The notes under the pieces were generated by a model. The model was not told where the DNA came from. It did no database searches and saw only the letters and a program-made list of their open reading frames with translations. A stretch of DNA of 30,044 nt, from NCBI GenBank assembly GCA_027004315.1, contig JALTHV010000134.1:1-30044 (forward strand), in the 5' to 3' direction. Within the stretch, counting starts at the first letter, position 1. Each line of letters starts with the position of its first letter. The DNA comes from Deltaproteobacteria bacterium. GTDB taxonomy: Bacteria; Desulfobacterota; Dissulfuribacteria; Dissulfuribacterales; UBA3076. Below, piece by piece: positions 9,607 through 19,725 of the stretch. The position numbers were made by a program, and so were the translations under genes.

Positions 9607-10773
9607 TCAGTCCCGACGAGGCATGGCACTCCCTGAGATCGGGGTCGGGTAGCGTAGGACGACCCAGTAAGTCGAGACGATAAACGTCACCATCGTGGTG
9701 ATCTGAATCACCATGGCTCCTTCGGCTGACAGGAGGCCAACTGACAGGGCCGCGAACACTACCAAGAGAGAAAACTCGCTAGACTGTGCCAAGCGCACCG
9801 CCAGCTCTCGGGACAGCTCTGATGATTCTCCGCTCTTCCGGAATGCAAAACGAAATACATAGGCCTTCAAGGGTACAAGAAGCGCACCGAAGATGACTGC
9901 CGAGAGAAGGAGTCGTAGATCGAGTCGTAGGTCCAGTTTCGCCCCTACAGCAAAGAAGAAGAGAATAAGGAAAAACTCGCGCAGTGGTTTCAGATGTTCG
10001 GCAATGGCGACTGCAACCCGGCAGGATGCGATCGAGAGTCCGGCAATGAATGCTCCCATCTCGTAAGAAAGACCAAGAATGTGAGCGACTTCGGCCCACA
10101 ATAGGCACCATCCCAATGTTGCAACGAAACTATACTCCTGAACCATATCAAACTTCCTAAGGAGTGGCATCACTGTGTAGCGCACGCCCACGAAAGATAG
10201 CAGGCAGACGAGCACGAATTTCCCTGCGAGCATCGCGAAGGTCACCAGCACGTGATTGCTTTTTTCTACGGTGATGAAAAGGATGACAAGAATGGCCAAT
10301 ACGTCCTGAAGAAGAAGGACACTGGTCATTATCTCACCCGTCCGTTTATGGTGGAGTGTGGTGGTAGAGATCAGCTTCAGGCCGACCACTGTGCTTGAGA
10401 ACATCATGGCCGCACCGAAAAGGACGGAGCTGTGTATGTCAAAGCCGAGCAGTAAGGCAAAGAGAAGAGACACACACCCGAATAGCATTGATGTAGTAAA
10501 TGTGAGAAGTGAGGTCTTGCGAAAGAGCTTGGCCAGTTTTGCTGGTTGTAAGTTAAGACCAACGAGAAAAAGCAGAAGTATGACACCGAGGTGGGATATC
10601 TGCTCAATGTGGTAGGTCCTGCGAAGCAGGGCAAACCCATTTGGCCCAATGGCAAAGCCTATTGCGATATAGGCGATGATGATCGGCTGCCTGGCATAGA
10701 GAAACAGCGTTCCCAGCACGGCCGCGCCGACAATGATCACACTCAACTCAAATACAATGCCATCAAGAGTCAT
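9607..10773 (-). CDS. Cation:proton antiporter (CPA2 / KefB-like membrane domain only)
   Basis: 388 aa, highly hydrophobic; LLFLVGLNL, FSSTVVGLKL, LLLQD, MGAFIAG, LAQSSEFS motifs; no KTN/TrkA-N domain; visibly richer in CG dinucleotides than its neighbours. Confidence 0.88.
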   Translation of the reverse strand: MTLDGIVFELSVIIVGAAVLGTLFLYARQPIIIAYIAIGFAIGPNGFALLRRTYHIEQISHLGVILLLFLVGLNLQPAKLAKLFRKTSLLTFTTSMLFGCVSLLFALLLGFDIHSSVLFGAAMMFSSTVVGLKLISTTTLHHKRTGEIMTSVLLLQDVLAILVILFITVEKSNHVLVTFAMLAGKFVLVCLLSFVGVRYTVMPLLRKFDMVQEYSFVATLGWCLLWAEVAHILGLSYEMGAFIAGLSIASCRVAVAIAEHLKPLREFFLILFFFAVGAKLDLRLDLRLLLSAVIFGALLVPLKAYVFRFAFRKSGESSELSRELAVRLAQSSEFSLLVVFAALSVGLLSAEGAMVIQITTMVTFIVSTYWVVLRYPTPISGSAMPRRD

Positions 10774-10805
10774 GTGTCTTGGTTACATATTGTTCCATGT
10801 CTGAG

Positions 10806-10857
10806 AGCCAACACCGAGCTCACCACGCGTTTTTACGCCGGCTGCATTTTGCCTTGT
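10806..10857 (-). other. Degenerate attC-like integron recombination site, cut at its R'' end by an intron
   Basis: Minus strand ACAAGGCAAAATGCAGCCGGCGT-AAAA-ACGCGTGGTGAGCTCGGTGTTGGCT resembles the AACAAGGC..TGCAGCCG / TGAGCTCGG(C/T)GTT attC halves; core GTT lies about 37 bp before the antiporter ATG; arm pairing is imperfect. Confidence 0.5.
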
Positions 10858-11265
10858 GTATGCCCTATATGGGCATAGACTTATGAGGTTAAAGTCCTCT
10901 ATACGTAAACCGTCTACGTCCCCGGCTAGTGGTGGCATTTCCCAGGGTTTCAGGAGCATCGCTTGATGCACAAAATCGAGACGCTTCAAAAAGCTACCGC
11001 TGGCCAGGGAAGGAATGTGAATAGTTACAATTTCACTGCCTGATTCCGATGATAGCGAAAATATTAGCCGAAGGCAAGGGCATTGCCGCTAGGTGAGGTC
11101 TGGATGAAGTCGGATTGCAAAGCTGTGAGCCGGCGAATAGAAATGGCATATAAGGCCAAGTCCCTGGATAAGGCAGCACAAGATGAGCGAAGTCCTGAAT
11201 CTAGAAGATATGGTAAGGTAAATGCCGCGGCAGATTATCCAGTGAGATTACCGGCAGGGGTTTGC
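10858..11265 (+). ncRNA. Truncated group IIC (attC-type) intron, domain I only, interrupted by a MITE at 10905-11028
   Basis: 5' end GTATGCCC-TATAT-GGGCATAG...GAGG-TTAAAGT-CCTC, then after the MITE the ordered motifs TTAGCCGAAGGCAAGGG (11064), TCTGGATGAAGTCGGATTGCAAA (11099), CATATAAGGC (11147), GC-ACAA (11176-11181), AAGTCCT (11190), GTAAATG (11218), TTACCGGCAGGGGTTTG (11248). These are colinear with the O. iheyensis IIC intron as I recall it; no D5/D6 or RT ORF. Confidence 0.75.
10905..11028. mobile_element. Family A MITE-like element, internally deleted, core inverted
   Basis: AACCGTCTACGTCCCCGG arm as at 26110, core GAGCATCGCTTGATGCACAAAATC, right arm and end GTGAATAGTTAC (11017-11028); no target duplication found. 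Confidence 0.85.
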
Positions 11266-13299
<2,034 letters not shown>

Positions 13300-13309
13300 C
13301 TACTGGTTA

Positions 13310-13343
13310 GTAACCGTTCACGAGAGGGAATGTTAACGGTTAC
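13310..13343. mobile_element. Minimal 34-bp family A element (two ends only)
   Basis: GTAACCGTTCAC-GAGAGGGAAT-GTTAACGGTTAC; flanks ACTGGTTA (13302-13309) / ACTGGTTC (13344-13351), 7/8 duplication. Confidence 0.85.
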
Positions 13344-15504
13344 ACTGGTTCAGTATTACTTCAAAATTTATATGCCTCCGGGCGATGTCTACTGCCTTGA
13401 CCTTGACCCTCACCAACTGTCCCAACTGAAAGACCTTGTGGGTCCTCTGGCCGATAAGGCGCTGCCTGGCCTGCTCCAATACATAATAGTCATCTGCCAT
13501 ATCTACCAGGCGGACGACACCAGATATAAATATGTCCCTTAATTCTACAAAAAAGCCAAAGGATGTCACCCCGGATATTATGCCATCATATTCCTCTCCG
13601 ATCTTGTCTGCCATGAAACGGACCTTGAGCCTGTCAAACATCTCTCTTTCTGCCTCCATGCCCACCCTCTCCCGGGCAGAGCAGTCCTGCCCCATGGCCT
13701 CAAGTTGCCCATCTGAATAGATTGGGCGTTTTCTTACTCGCTTCATGTTGGCCTTCAGGATCCTGTGGACGATCAGGTCAGGGTAGCGGCGGATCGGCGA
13801 GGTGAAATGCAGGTAGCTAGGAGATGCCAGGCCGAAGTGTCCAATGTTTCTGGACGAGTAGACGGCCAGCTTCATGGTCCGCAGCAAGACCATGTTCACT
13901 ACGTATTCATGGGGATTGCCTGATGCCTTTTTGAGGACTGTCTGACACCACTTTGGGCTTACCTGCTCTGGGGTCTGGATGTCTATTCCCAGATCCTGGA
14001 CAAATTTTACAAACTCTGCCAACTTGTCTGGGTCAGGTGCTTCATGTATGCGGTATATCCCTGGTATCTCTTTTTTGGTCAAAAAGGAGGCAACGGCCTC
14101 GTTTGCTGTAATCATGAACTCTTCGATGATGCGGTGGGCGATGTTTCTCTCTCTCCGGACGATTTCTTCCAGGTTTCCTGTAAGCCCCAGGATTACTTCG
14201 GGCTCCGGGAGGTCAAAGTCTATACTCCCCCTCTGGCGGCGTTTCTCAGAGAGGGCCTCTGCCAGTTCCACCATGACATTTAGATCTTTAATAAATTGTC
14301 TATTTTTTGCTATTAAATCCTTATCTCTATCTACCAGGATCTTTCTGACCTCTTTATAGGTGAACCTGCAATGGCTCCTGATAATGGCCTTGGAGAAGCT
14401 GGTACGTCTGACATTTGCCTCCCTGTCAAAAGAGATATTGGCTGCTATTGCCAGACGGTCTTCATTGGGAAGTAGGCTGCATAGGTGATTAGACAGGGTC
14501 TCAGGGAGCATGGGGACTACGGCAGAGGGGAAATATACACTGGTGCCGCGATTCCTGGCCTCCAGATCGATAGGACTGTCTTCTGGCACATAGTGGCTTA
14601 CGTCGGCAATGGCTACGGTGAGGACAAAACCCGTGCGGGTCTTCTTGACGAATACGGCATCATCAAAGTCCCTTGCATTCTCACCATCTATTGTCACAAG
14701 GGGCAGGTCACGGAGGTCCTTACGGCCCTGGCTTTCTTCAGGGAGCAGGGCCTGTGGCAGGGCCTCAGCCTGGGCCAGGGCCTCATGCAAAAAGACGTGC
14801 GGGAGCTCGTGTTTGTATATAACTATCCTGGTCTGTACCTTCATATCATCGGGGTCCCCAATGACCTCTAGTACTCGCCCTTCAGGGTTTTTTCCCTTGG
14901 ATGGGAAACTGTCTATCTCTGTCAGCACTACCTGGCCGTCCTTGGCTCTAGCCCTGTGTCTGTTGGAGATCAGTATCTCAAAGAGCAGCCGGTCATCTTC
15001 AGGGATCACCGTAGATACGCTTTTGCCCTGGTGAAATGTGCCTACTACACGCCTTATTCCCCTTTCAAGCACACGGAGTATGGAACCTTCGGGTCTCCCC
15101 CTTCGGGTTTTTTCTACTCTCACTACCACCCGGTCTCCATGTACAGCACCTTTTAGGGCCCGTGCAGGGATGAATATGTCAGGTCCCTCTCCGCTCTCTG
15201 GCTGCACAAAGCCAAAGCCATCGTGGTGTGCAATGAGTCTTCCCCTTATCAGCTTCATCAGGTCAGAAACACCATACCTGTTGCCCTTGAGCAGAAACAA
15301 CTTGCCCTTACTGACCAGATCAGCTACTACGGTCCTTGCCTCTCTCTTTTCACCAGGTCTGAGGTGAGAGAGGTGCATTATCTCCCGGAGATAGAGAGGG
15401 TGACCCGCATGGTGCATTGTAGCCAGAATACGCTCTGGCAGAGGGATTTCTCGATTTTGTGAAGGGGCCTTCTGCTGGATTTTGTTTCTTTGTTTCCGAG
15501 GCAT
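13333..15504 (-). CDS. rnr: Ribonuclease R
   Basis: 723 aa; N-terminal HTH and cold-shock domains, IDGENARDFDDA, HFTSPIRRYPDL, C-terminal S1 domain. Confidence 0.98.
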   Translation of the reverse strand: MPRKQRNKIQQKAPSQNREIPLPERILATMHHAGHPLYLREIMHLSHLRPGEKREARTVVADLVSKGKLFLLKGNRYGVSDLMKLIRGRLIAHHDGFGFVQPESGEGPDIFIPARALKGAVHGDRVVVRVEKTRRGRPEGSILRVLERGIRRVVGTFHQGKSVSTVIPEDDRLLFEILISNRHRARAKDGQVVLTEIDSFPSKGKNPEGRVLEVIGDPDDMKVQTRIVIYKHELPHVFLHEALAQAEALPQALLPEESQGRKDLRDLPLVTIDGENARDFDDAVFVKKTRTGFVLTVAIADVSHYVPEDSPIDLEARNRGTSVYFPSAVVPMLPETLSNHLCSLLPNEDRLAIAANISFDREANVRRTSFSKAIIRSHCRFTYKEVRKILVDRDKDLIAKNRQFIKDLNVMVELAEALSEKRRQRGSIDFDLPEPEVILGLTGNLEEIVRRERNIAHRIIEEFMITANEAVASFLTKKEIPGIYRIHEAPDPDKLAEFVKFVQDLGIDIQTPEQVSPKWCQTVLKKASGNPHEYVVNMVLLRTMKLAVYSSRNIGHFGLASPSYLHFTSPIRRYPDLIVHRILKANMKRVRKRPIYSDGQLEAMGQDCSARERVGMEAEREMFDRLKVRFMADKIGEEYDGIISGVTSFGFFVELRDIFISGVVRLVDMADDYYVLEQARQRLIGQRTHKVFQLGQLVRVKVKAVDIARRHINFEVILNQCNR

Positions 15505-15584
15505 AAGGGACTATACGTAGGAGACTGAAAGAGGTCAAGGCCAGAGTCGCTTCTCCAGGACAAATTTGAGTAAAAATACTATTA

Positions 15585-15733
15585 CCTCCCCGTTCTCCTC
15601 GGCTACGCTCCGGAGCCGGGGTCTCCCATGCTGCAAAAACCAAGAAAACTACAGGGCTAACGCAAATCGTTTCCAAAAGAAGCACCCTGTGATCGGTTAC
15701 CAAAAATGATGCCCCAACTCATTGAGAAGTTGC
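15585..15733. repeat. Partial composite MITE-like element: one family B end inside one family C end, plus internal modules X and Y
   Basis: GAAGCACCCTGTGATCGGTTAC (ending 15700) then CAAAAATGATGCCCCAACTCATTGAGAAGTTGC, matching 1881-1923; modules at 15585-15609 and 15624-15649 match 26293-26317 and 26265-26291. Confidence 0.85.
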
Positions 15734-15793
15734 CAGTATTTTTTGTTCAGACTTTTTATCTGGCAGTCTACGGCCTATTCTCCCACAGTAAAG

Positions 15794-15954
15794 TTACTGA
15801 AATTCATTTCCGGAATAATTTATATCTCATGGCCAAAAATCTCTTGACTTGGCCTCTATTTTTGGTATAGTCTTAAATCATGCTTTTATAGCAAAATTTA
15901 CTGAAATTCATTCTCAAGATAATTTATATCTCATGGCCAAAAATCTCTTGACTT
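15794..15954 (+). repeat. 57-bp direct repeat, two copies (15794-15850 and 15898-15954), period 104 bp
   Basis: 15 identical bases + 6 variable + 36 identical (ATAATTTATATCTCATGGCCAAAAATCTCTTGACTT). Confidence 0.95.
15844..15871 (+). promoter_or_regulatory. Candidate sigma70 promoter P1 for the hdrA-flx operon
   Basis: TTGACT (15844-15849), 16-bp spacer, TG at 15863-15864, TATAGT (15866-15871). Confidence 0.55.
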
Positions 15955-15976
15955 AAACCTAATATAAGGGTAGCGT
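15948..15976 (+). promoter_or_regulatory. Candidate sigma70 promoter P2 for the hdrA-flx operon
   Basis: TTGACT (15948-15953), 17-bp spacer, TAGCGT (15971-15976; weaker -10). Confidence 0.35.
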
Positions 15977-16008
15977 TAATATACACTATATAGGATGTAG
16001 TCTATTCC

Positions 16009-16026
16009 AATTTATTGAGAAGTTAT
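16009..16026. repeat. Solo family C terminal repeat
   Basis: AATTTATTGAGAAGTTAT, 16/18 to AACTTATTGAGAAGTTAC. Confidence 0.7.
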
Positions 16027-16083
16027 GTATAAGGTCTTTGTCAAAAATTAAGGATAAAAAATTGAGAGGTAAGGTAGAAAACC

Positions 16084-19000
16084 ATGAGTAGCATACCTAA
16101 TCGTCCAATCTCTCAATCACCCGATTCCTCGAATCCAGAAGGATCTGTGCTGGTGGTTGGAGGCGGGATTGCCGGGGTTCAGGCGGCCCTTGATCTCGCT
16201 AACAGTGGTTTTTTTGTGTATCTGGTTGAGCGGACCTCGGCTATTGGTGGTTCTATGTCGCAGTTGGACAAGACCTATCCCACCAATGACTGCTCGGCCT
16301 GTATCCTCTCTCCCAAACTGGTAGAGTGTGGAAGACACCTCAATATAAAGATTCTTACTCTATCAGAGCTTCTGTCCCTGGAGGGTGAACCAGGGGCCTT
16401 TCGTGCATTGGTTCGGCAGAATCCCAGATATGTAGATCCGAATAAGTGTATTGCCTGTGGTCAATGTGCAGGAAAGTGCCCTAAAAAAGTACCGAATGAG
16501 TTTGACCTTGGTCTGAGTAAGAGAAAGGCGATCTATCTAAAATTTCCTCAGGCAGTTCCCCTTAAATATGCCATTGACCCCAGATACTGTATCAGGCTAA
16601 ACAAGCCTGGACGCTGTGGTCTTTGTGAAAAGATTTGTCCTGCCGGTGCGATTAATTTTAAAGATGTTGCCAAGGAAGAGGTACTCAACGTAGGGTCTGT
16701 AGTTCTGGCCCCTGGTTTTTCTCCTTTCGATCCATCAGACCTTGATTTTACTGGTTATGGTCGTTTGCCAAATGTAGTCACTTCCATGGAGTTTGAGAGG
16801 CTGCTCAGTCCTTCAGGCCCATGCCAGGGGCACTTGAAACGGCCCTCTGATCAAAAGGTACCAAAGAGGATTGCCTGGTTACAGTGCGTGGGTTCGCGGG
16901 ATATAAACCGTTCAGGCCATGCCTATTGTTCCTCAGTATGCTGTATGTATGCCATAAAAGAGGCAGTTATAGCAAAGGAAGATGCCCACGGTGATCTGTC
17001 TGCCAGTATCTTCTTCATAGATATGCGGACACCTGGGAAGGAATTTGAGGCCTATTACAACAGGGCCATAGAAAAGGGAATTTCATTCCATCGGGCAAGA
17101 GTACATACCGTTTTACCTTCTCAGGAAGACAATAATGTCCTGATAAGATATGCGGATGAACATGGGGTCATGAGGGAAGAGGAATTTGATTTGATGGTCC
17201 TGTCTGTTGGTCTTGAGTTGAGCAAAGAGGCGATAGAACTGGCAGATAGGCTAGGGGTCAAATTAGATCCTTATAAATTTATTGATACAGATGTCTTTAG
17301 GCCGGTAGTTACTAATAGACCAGGGGTCTATGTCTGTGGAGCGGCCTCAGGGCCCAAAGATATACCCCGGTCTGTCACAGATGCGAGTGCAGCGGCCCTT
17401 GAGGCGGAACGCATACTCAGTCCTTCTCGTTGGACCAAGACCAAAAAGAAGGTCTTTCCTCCTGAGAGGGATGTCCATGCAGAGTCCCCCAGGGTCGGGG
17501 TATTTGTCTGCCACTGTGGGACTAATATAGCCAGTGTGGTAGATGTGGAGGCAGTGAGGGATTACGCGCGTGGCCTGCCAGGAGTAGCGCTTTCCCAGGA
17601 CAATCTCTTTACCTGTTCCCAGGATACCATTAATCATATGGCCGAGACGATCCGTAAGGAGCATCTGAATAGGGTAGTAGTGGCCTCTTGCACCCCGCGT
17701 ACCCATGAGCCTCTCTTTCAGGAGACCTTGAGAGATGCAGGGATAAACAAATTCCTCTTTGAGATGGCCAATATCCGTGACCAGGATTCATGGGTTCACC
17801 AAAACGAGCCGGAGGCAGCTACTGAAAAGGCCAAAGACCTGATCCGGATGGCAGTAGCCAAGGTCAAACTACATGAACCTCTGCCCTATAATTCAGTCCC
17901 TGTGACCAAATCTGCCCTTGTAGTAGGAGGTGGTGTTGCGGGTATGAACGCGGCCCTCTCGCTGGCAGATCAAGGTTTTCCAGTTACTTTAGTAGAGAAG
18001 AAATCGATACTGGGTGGCCATGCCAGGAAGTTTTACCGTACATGGCAGGGTAGTATTGTTCAGCCCTATTTAAAAAAGATCATCGATCAGGTAGAATCGC
18101 ATCCAAAGATAGATCTCCGTCTGGAGACAACGGTCAGCAGTGTGGAGGGTTCAGTCGGACAGTTTCGTACCGGGCTCTCTGATGGGAGCACGGTCGAACA
18201 CGGAGTTGCTATCTTGACCGTAGGCGCTGAGTCCTACAAACCGATGGGGAAATGGCTATATGGAGAGAATCCGAATGTGCACATTCTCCTTGAGCTGGAT
18301 CAGATCTTTATAAAGGATCCAGAGAGCCTTAAGGGACTTTCTCAGGCGGTGTTTATCCACTGTGCAGGCTCCCGTGTACCTGAGAGACCTTTCTGCAGTG
18401 GGATATGTTGTACTCATGCCATAACCCAGGCCCTTGAACTCAAGAAACTCAACCCTGATATGGATATCTTCATGCTCTATAGAGACATTAGGACATATGG
18501 ACAACGTGAGAGGCTATATCAGGAGGCCAGGTCTAAGGGGATCATATTTATCAGGTATGATCTCGATCACCTCCCTGACGTGAGGCAAGAGGGCAAGGAT
18601 ATAGTAGTGGAGGCTGAAGACCTGATTCTAGAGAGAAAGTTGATATTACATCCCGGGCTTTTGGTATTGGCTACGGGTGTCAGGCCCAGGGACGATATGG
18701 GCGAATTGTCGAAGCTCTTCAAGTGCTCAGTAAGCTCTGACGGATTTTTCCTTGAGGCCCATATGAAGCTGCGTCCTGTTGATTTTGCGACAGATGGGGT
18801 CTATCTGGCTGGTCTGTGTCACTATCCAAAGTCCATGGATGAGTCTATTGCTCAGGCACAGGCAGCAGCAGCCAGGGCAGCTATTGTCCTCTCTCAGGAT
18901 GCCGTCCCGGCAGAGAGCATCACTGCTATTGTAGACCAAAGAAAGTGTACTGGATGTGGTGTATGTACACATGTCTGTGCCTATCATGCTATCAGTATCG

Positions 19001-19158
19001 ATCCTGCTGTGGGGAAGGCATCAGTAAATACAGGACTCTGCAAGGGTTGCGGTGCCTGTGTGGCTGGATGCCGTTCGGATGCCGTTACTCTCAAGAATAT
19101 TGGTAACAGACAGATTTTGGCAGCAGTAGAAGCCGCTATGGATACCATGGATATTTAG
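16084..19158 (+). CDS. hdrA: Large HdrA-family FAD/4Fe-4S protein with two tandem HdrA-like modules
   Basis: 1024 aa; two GGGxAG FAD motifs, LDKTYPTNDCSAC, QCVGSRD..YCSSVCCM and HCAGSR..FCSGICC, internal VFVCHCG..CTP domain, inserted and C-terminal 2x[4Fe-4S] ferredoxin motifs. Confidence 0.92.
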   Translation: MSSIPNRPISQSPDSSNPEGSVLVVGGGIAGVQAALDLANSGFFVYLVERTSAIGGSMSQLDKTYPTNDCSACILSPKLVECGRHLNIKILTLSELLSLEGEPGAFRALVRQNPRYVDPNKCIACGQCAGKCPKKVPNEFDLGLSKRKAIYLKFPQAVPLKYAIDPRYCIRLNKPGRCGLCEKICPAGAINFKDVAKEEVLNVGSVVLAPGFSPFDPSDLDFTGYGRLPNVVTSMEFERLLSPSGPCQGHLKRPSDQKVPKRIAWLQCVGSRDINRSGHAYCSSVCCMYAIKEAVIAKEDAHGDLSASIFFIDMRTPGKEFEAYYNRAIEKGISFHRARVHTVLPSQEDNNVLIRYADEHGVMREEEFDLMVLSVGLELSKEAIELADRLGVKLDPYKFIDTDVFRPVVTNRPGVYVCGAASGPKDIPRSVTDASAAALEAERILSPSRWTKTKKKVFPPERDVHAESPRVGVFVCHCGTNIASVVDVEAVRDYARGLPGVALSQDNLFTCSQDTINHMAETIRKEHLNRVVVASCTPRTHEPLFQETLRDAGINKFLFEMANIRDQDSWVHQNEPEAATEKAKDLIRMAVAKVKLHEPLPYNSVPVTKSALVVGGGVAGMNAALSLADQGFPVTLVEKKSILGGHARKFYRTWQGSIVQPYLKKIIDQVESHPKIDLRLETTVSSVEGSVGQFRTGLSDGSTVEHGVAILTVGAESYKPMGKWLYGENPNVHILLELDQIFIKDPESLKGLSQAVFIHCAGSRVPERPFCSGICCTHAITQALELKKLNPDMDIFMLYRDIRTYGQRERLYQEARSKGIIFIRYDLDHLPDVRQEGKDIVVEAEDLILERKLILHPGLLVLATGVRPRDDMGELSKLFKCSVSSDGFFLEAHMKLRPVDFATDGVYLAGLCHYPKSMDESIAQAQAAAARAAIVLSQDAVPAESITAIVDQRKCTGCGVCTHVCAYHAISIDPAVGKASVNTGLCKGCGACVAGCRSDAVTLKNIGNRQILAAVEAAMDTMDI

Positions 19159-19175
19159 TTAGGGATTGATATATT

Positions 19176-19616
19176 ATGGATAAGACCTCTGTCCAAAAGA
19201 AAGAGTGGGAGCCAAAGATCATAGCCTTTTTGTGTAACTGGTGTAGCTATGCAGGGGCGGATCTGGCAGGTGTGAGTCGTTTTCAGTATCCTCCAAATAT
19301 AAGGGTCGTCAGGGTACCCTGTTCAGGCAGGATGAGTCCCAACATACTTCTTGACGCCTTAAAGGCCGGTGCAGATGGGGTACTTGTATCTGGTTGTCAT
19401 CCAGGAGATTGCCATTACATCAGTGGGAATCTCTTTGCCAGGAGACGTTTTGCAATATTTAAGAGCCTCATCGAATTTTTGGGAATAGAGCCAGGGAGGC
19501 TGAATTTTTCTTGGATCTCCGCTGCTGAGGGTGAGCAGTTTGCAAAGGTGGTAAAGGAGGTAACAGAGCGTGTGAGGGCCCTGGGGCCGGCAAGGCGCCT
19601 AGTCAAGGAGATATAG
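19176..19616 (+). CDS. mvhD: MvhD/FlxD-like [2Fe-2S] subunit
   Basis: FLCNWCSYAGAD, RVPCSGR, GCHPGDCHY, WISAAEG motifs. Confidence 0.93.
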   Translation: MDKTSVQKKEWEPKIIAFLCNWCSYAGADLAGVSRFQYPPNIRVVRVPCSGRMSPNILLDALKAGADGVLVSGCHPGDCHYISGNLFARRRFAIFKSLIEFLGIEPGRLNFSWISAAEGEQFAKVVKEVTERVRALGPARRLVKEI

Positions 19617-19725
19617 ACCTTGTTGGTTACAGACCTATTATAGATAATATAACTAGAGTTTTGTGCATGGGCATGAGTTTTTTGTCATGAATGCTGACAC
19701 AATTATGAGAAGGTCTATTTGAGCT

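Noticed and set aside
9592-11028. Possible MITE-bounded composite transposon carrying the antiporter (GTAACCGCT at 9592 plus the end at 11028)
   Set aside because: Flanks do not match (TCCGATCT vs AATTTCAC), the left match is only 9 bp, and the intron sequence continues colinearly past 11028.
11125-11149. GTGAGCCGGCGAATAGAAATGGCAT as group II intron domain V
   Set aside because: It does not form the D5 hairpin (no complementary GTACGGTTC-type arm) and sits mid-domain I by colinearity.
15350-15703. 117-aa minus-strand ORF, and similarly 22710-22907
   Set aside because: Both start in or span repeat-derived sequence, overlap real genes or their ends, and show no recognisable motifs.
15794-15815. 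Rex operator in the duplicated block
   Set aside because: Only the TGAAA half resembles TTGTGAA-N4-TTCACAA; the second half does not match.
16084-19616. Selenocysteine recoding in HdrA or MvhD
   Set aside because: The relevant motifs (NDCSAC, CNWC, GCHPGDCHY) use Cys codons and both frames are open without an in-frame TGA.
19615-19636. AGACCT-TGTTGGTTAC-AGACCT as an excision footprint of a GTAAC element
   Set aside because: Only a 6-bp repeat and 6 bp of TIR-like sequence; compatible with chance, though worth rechecking against relatives.
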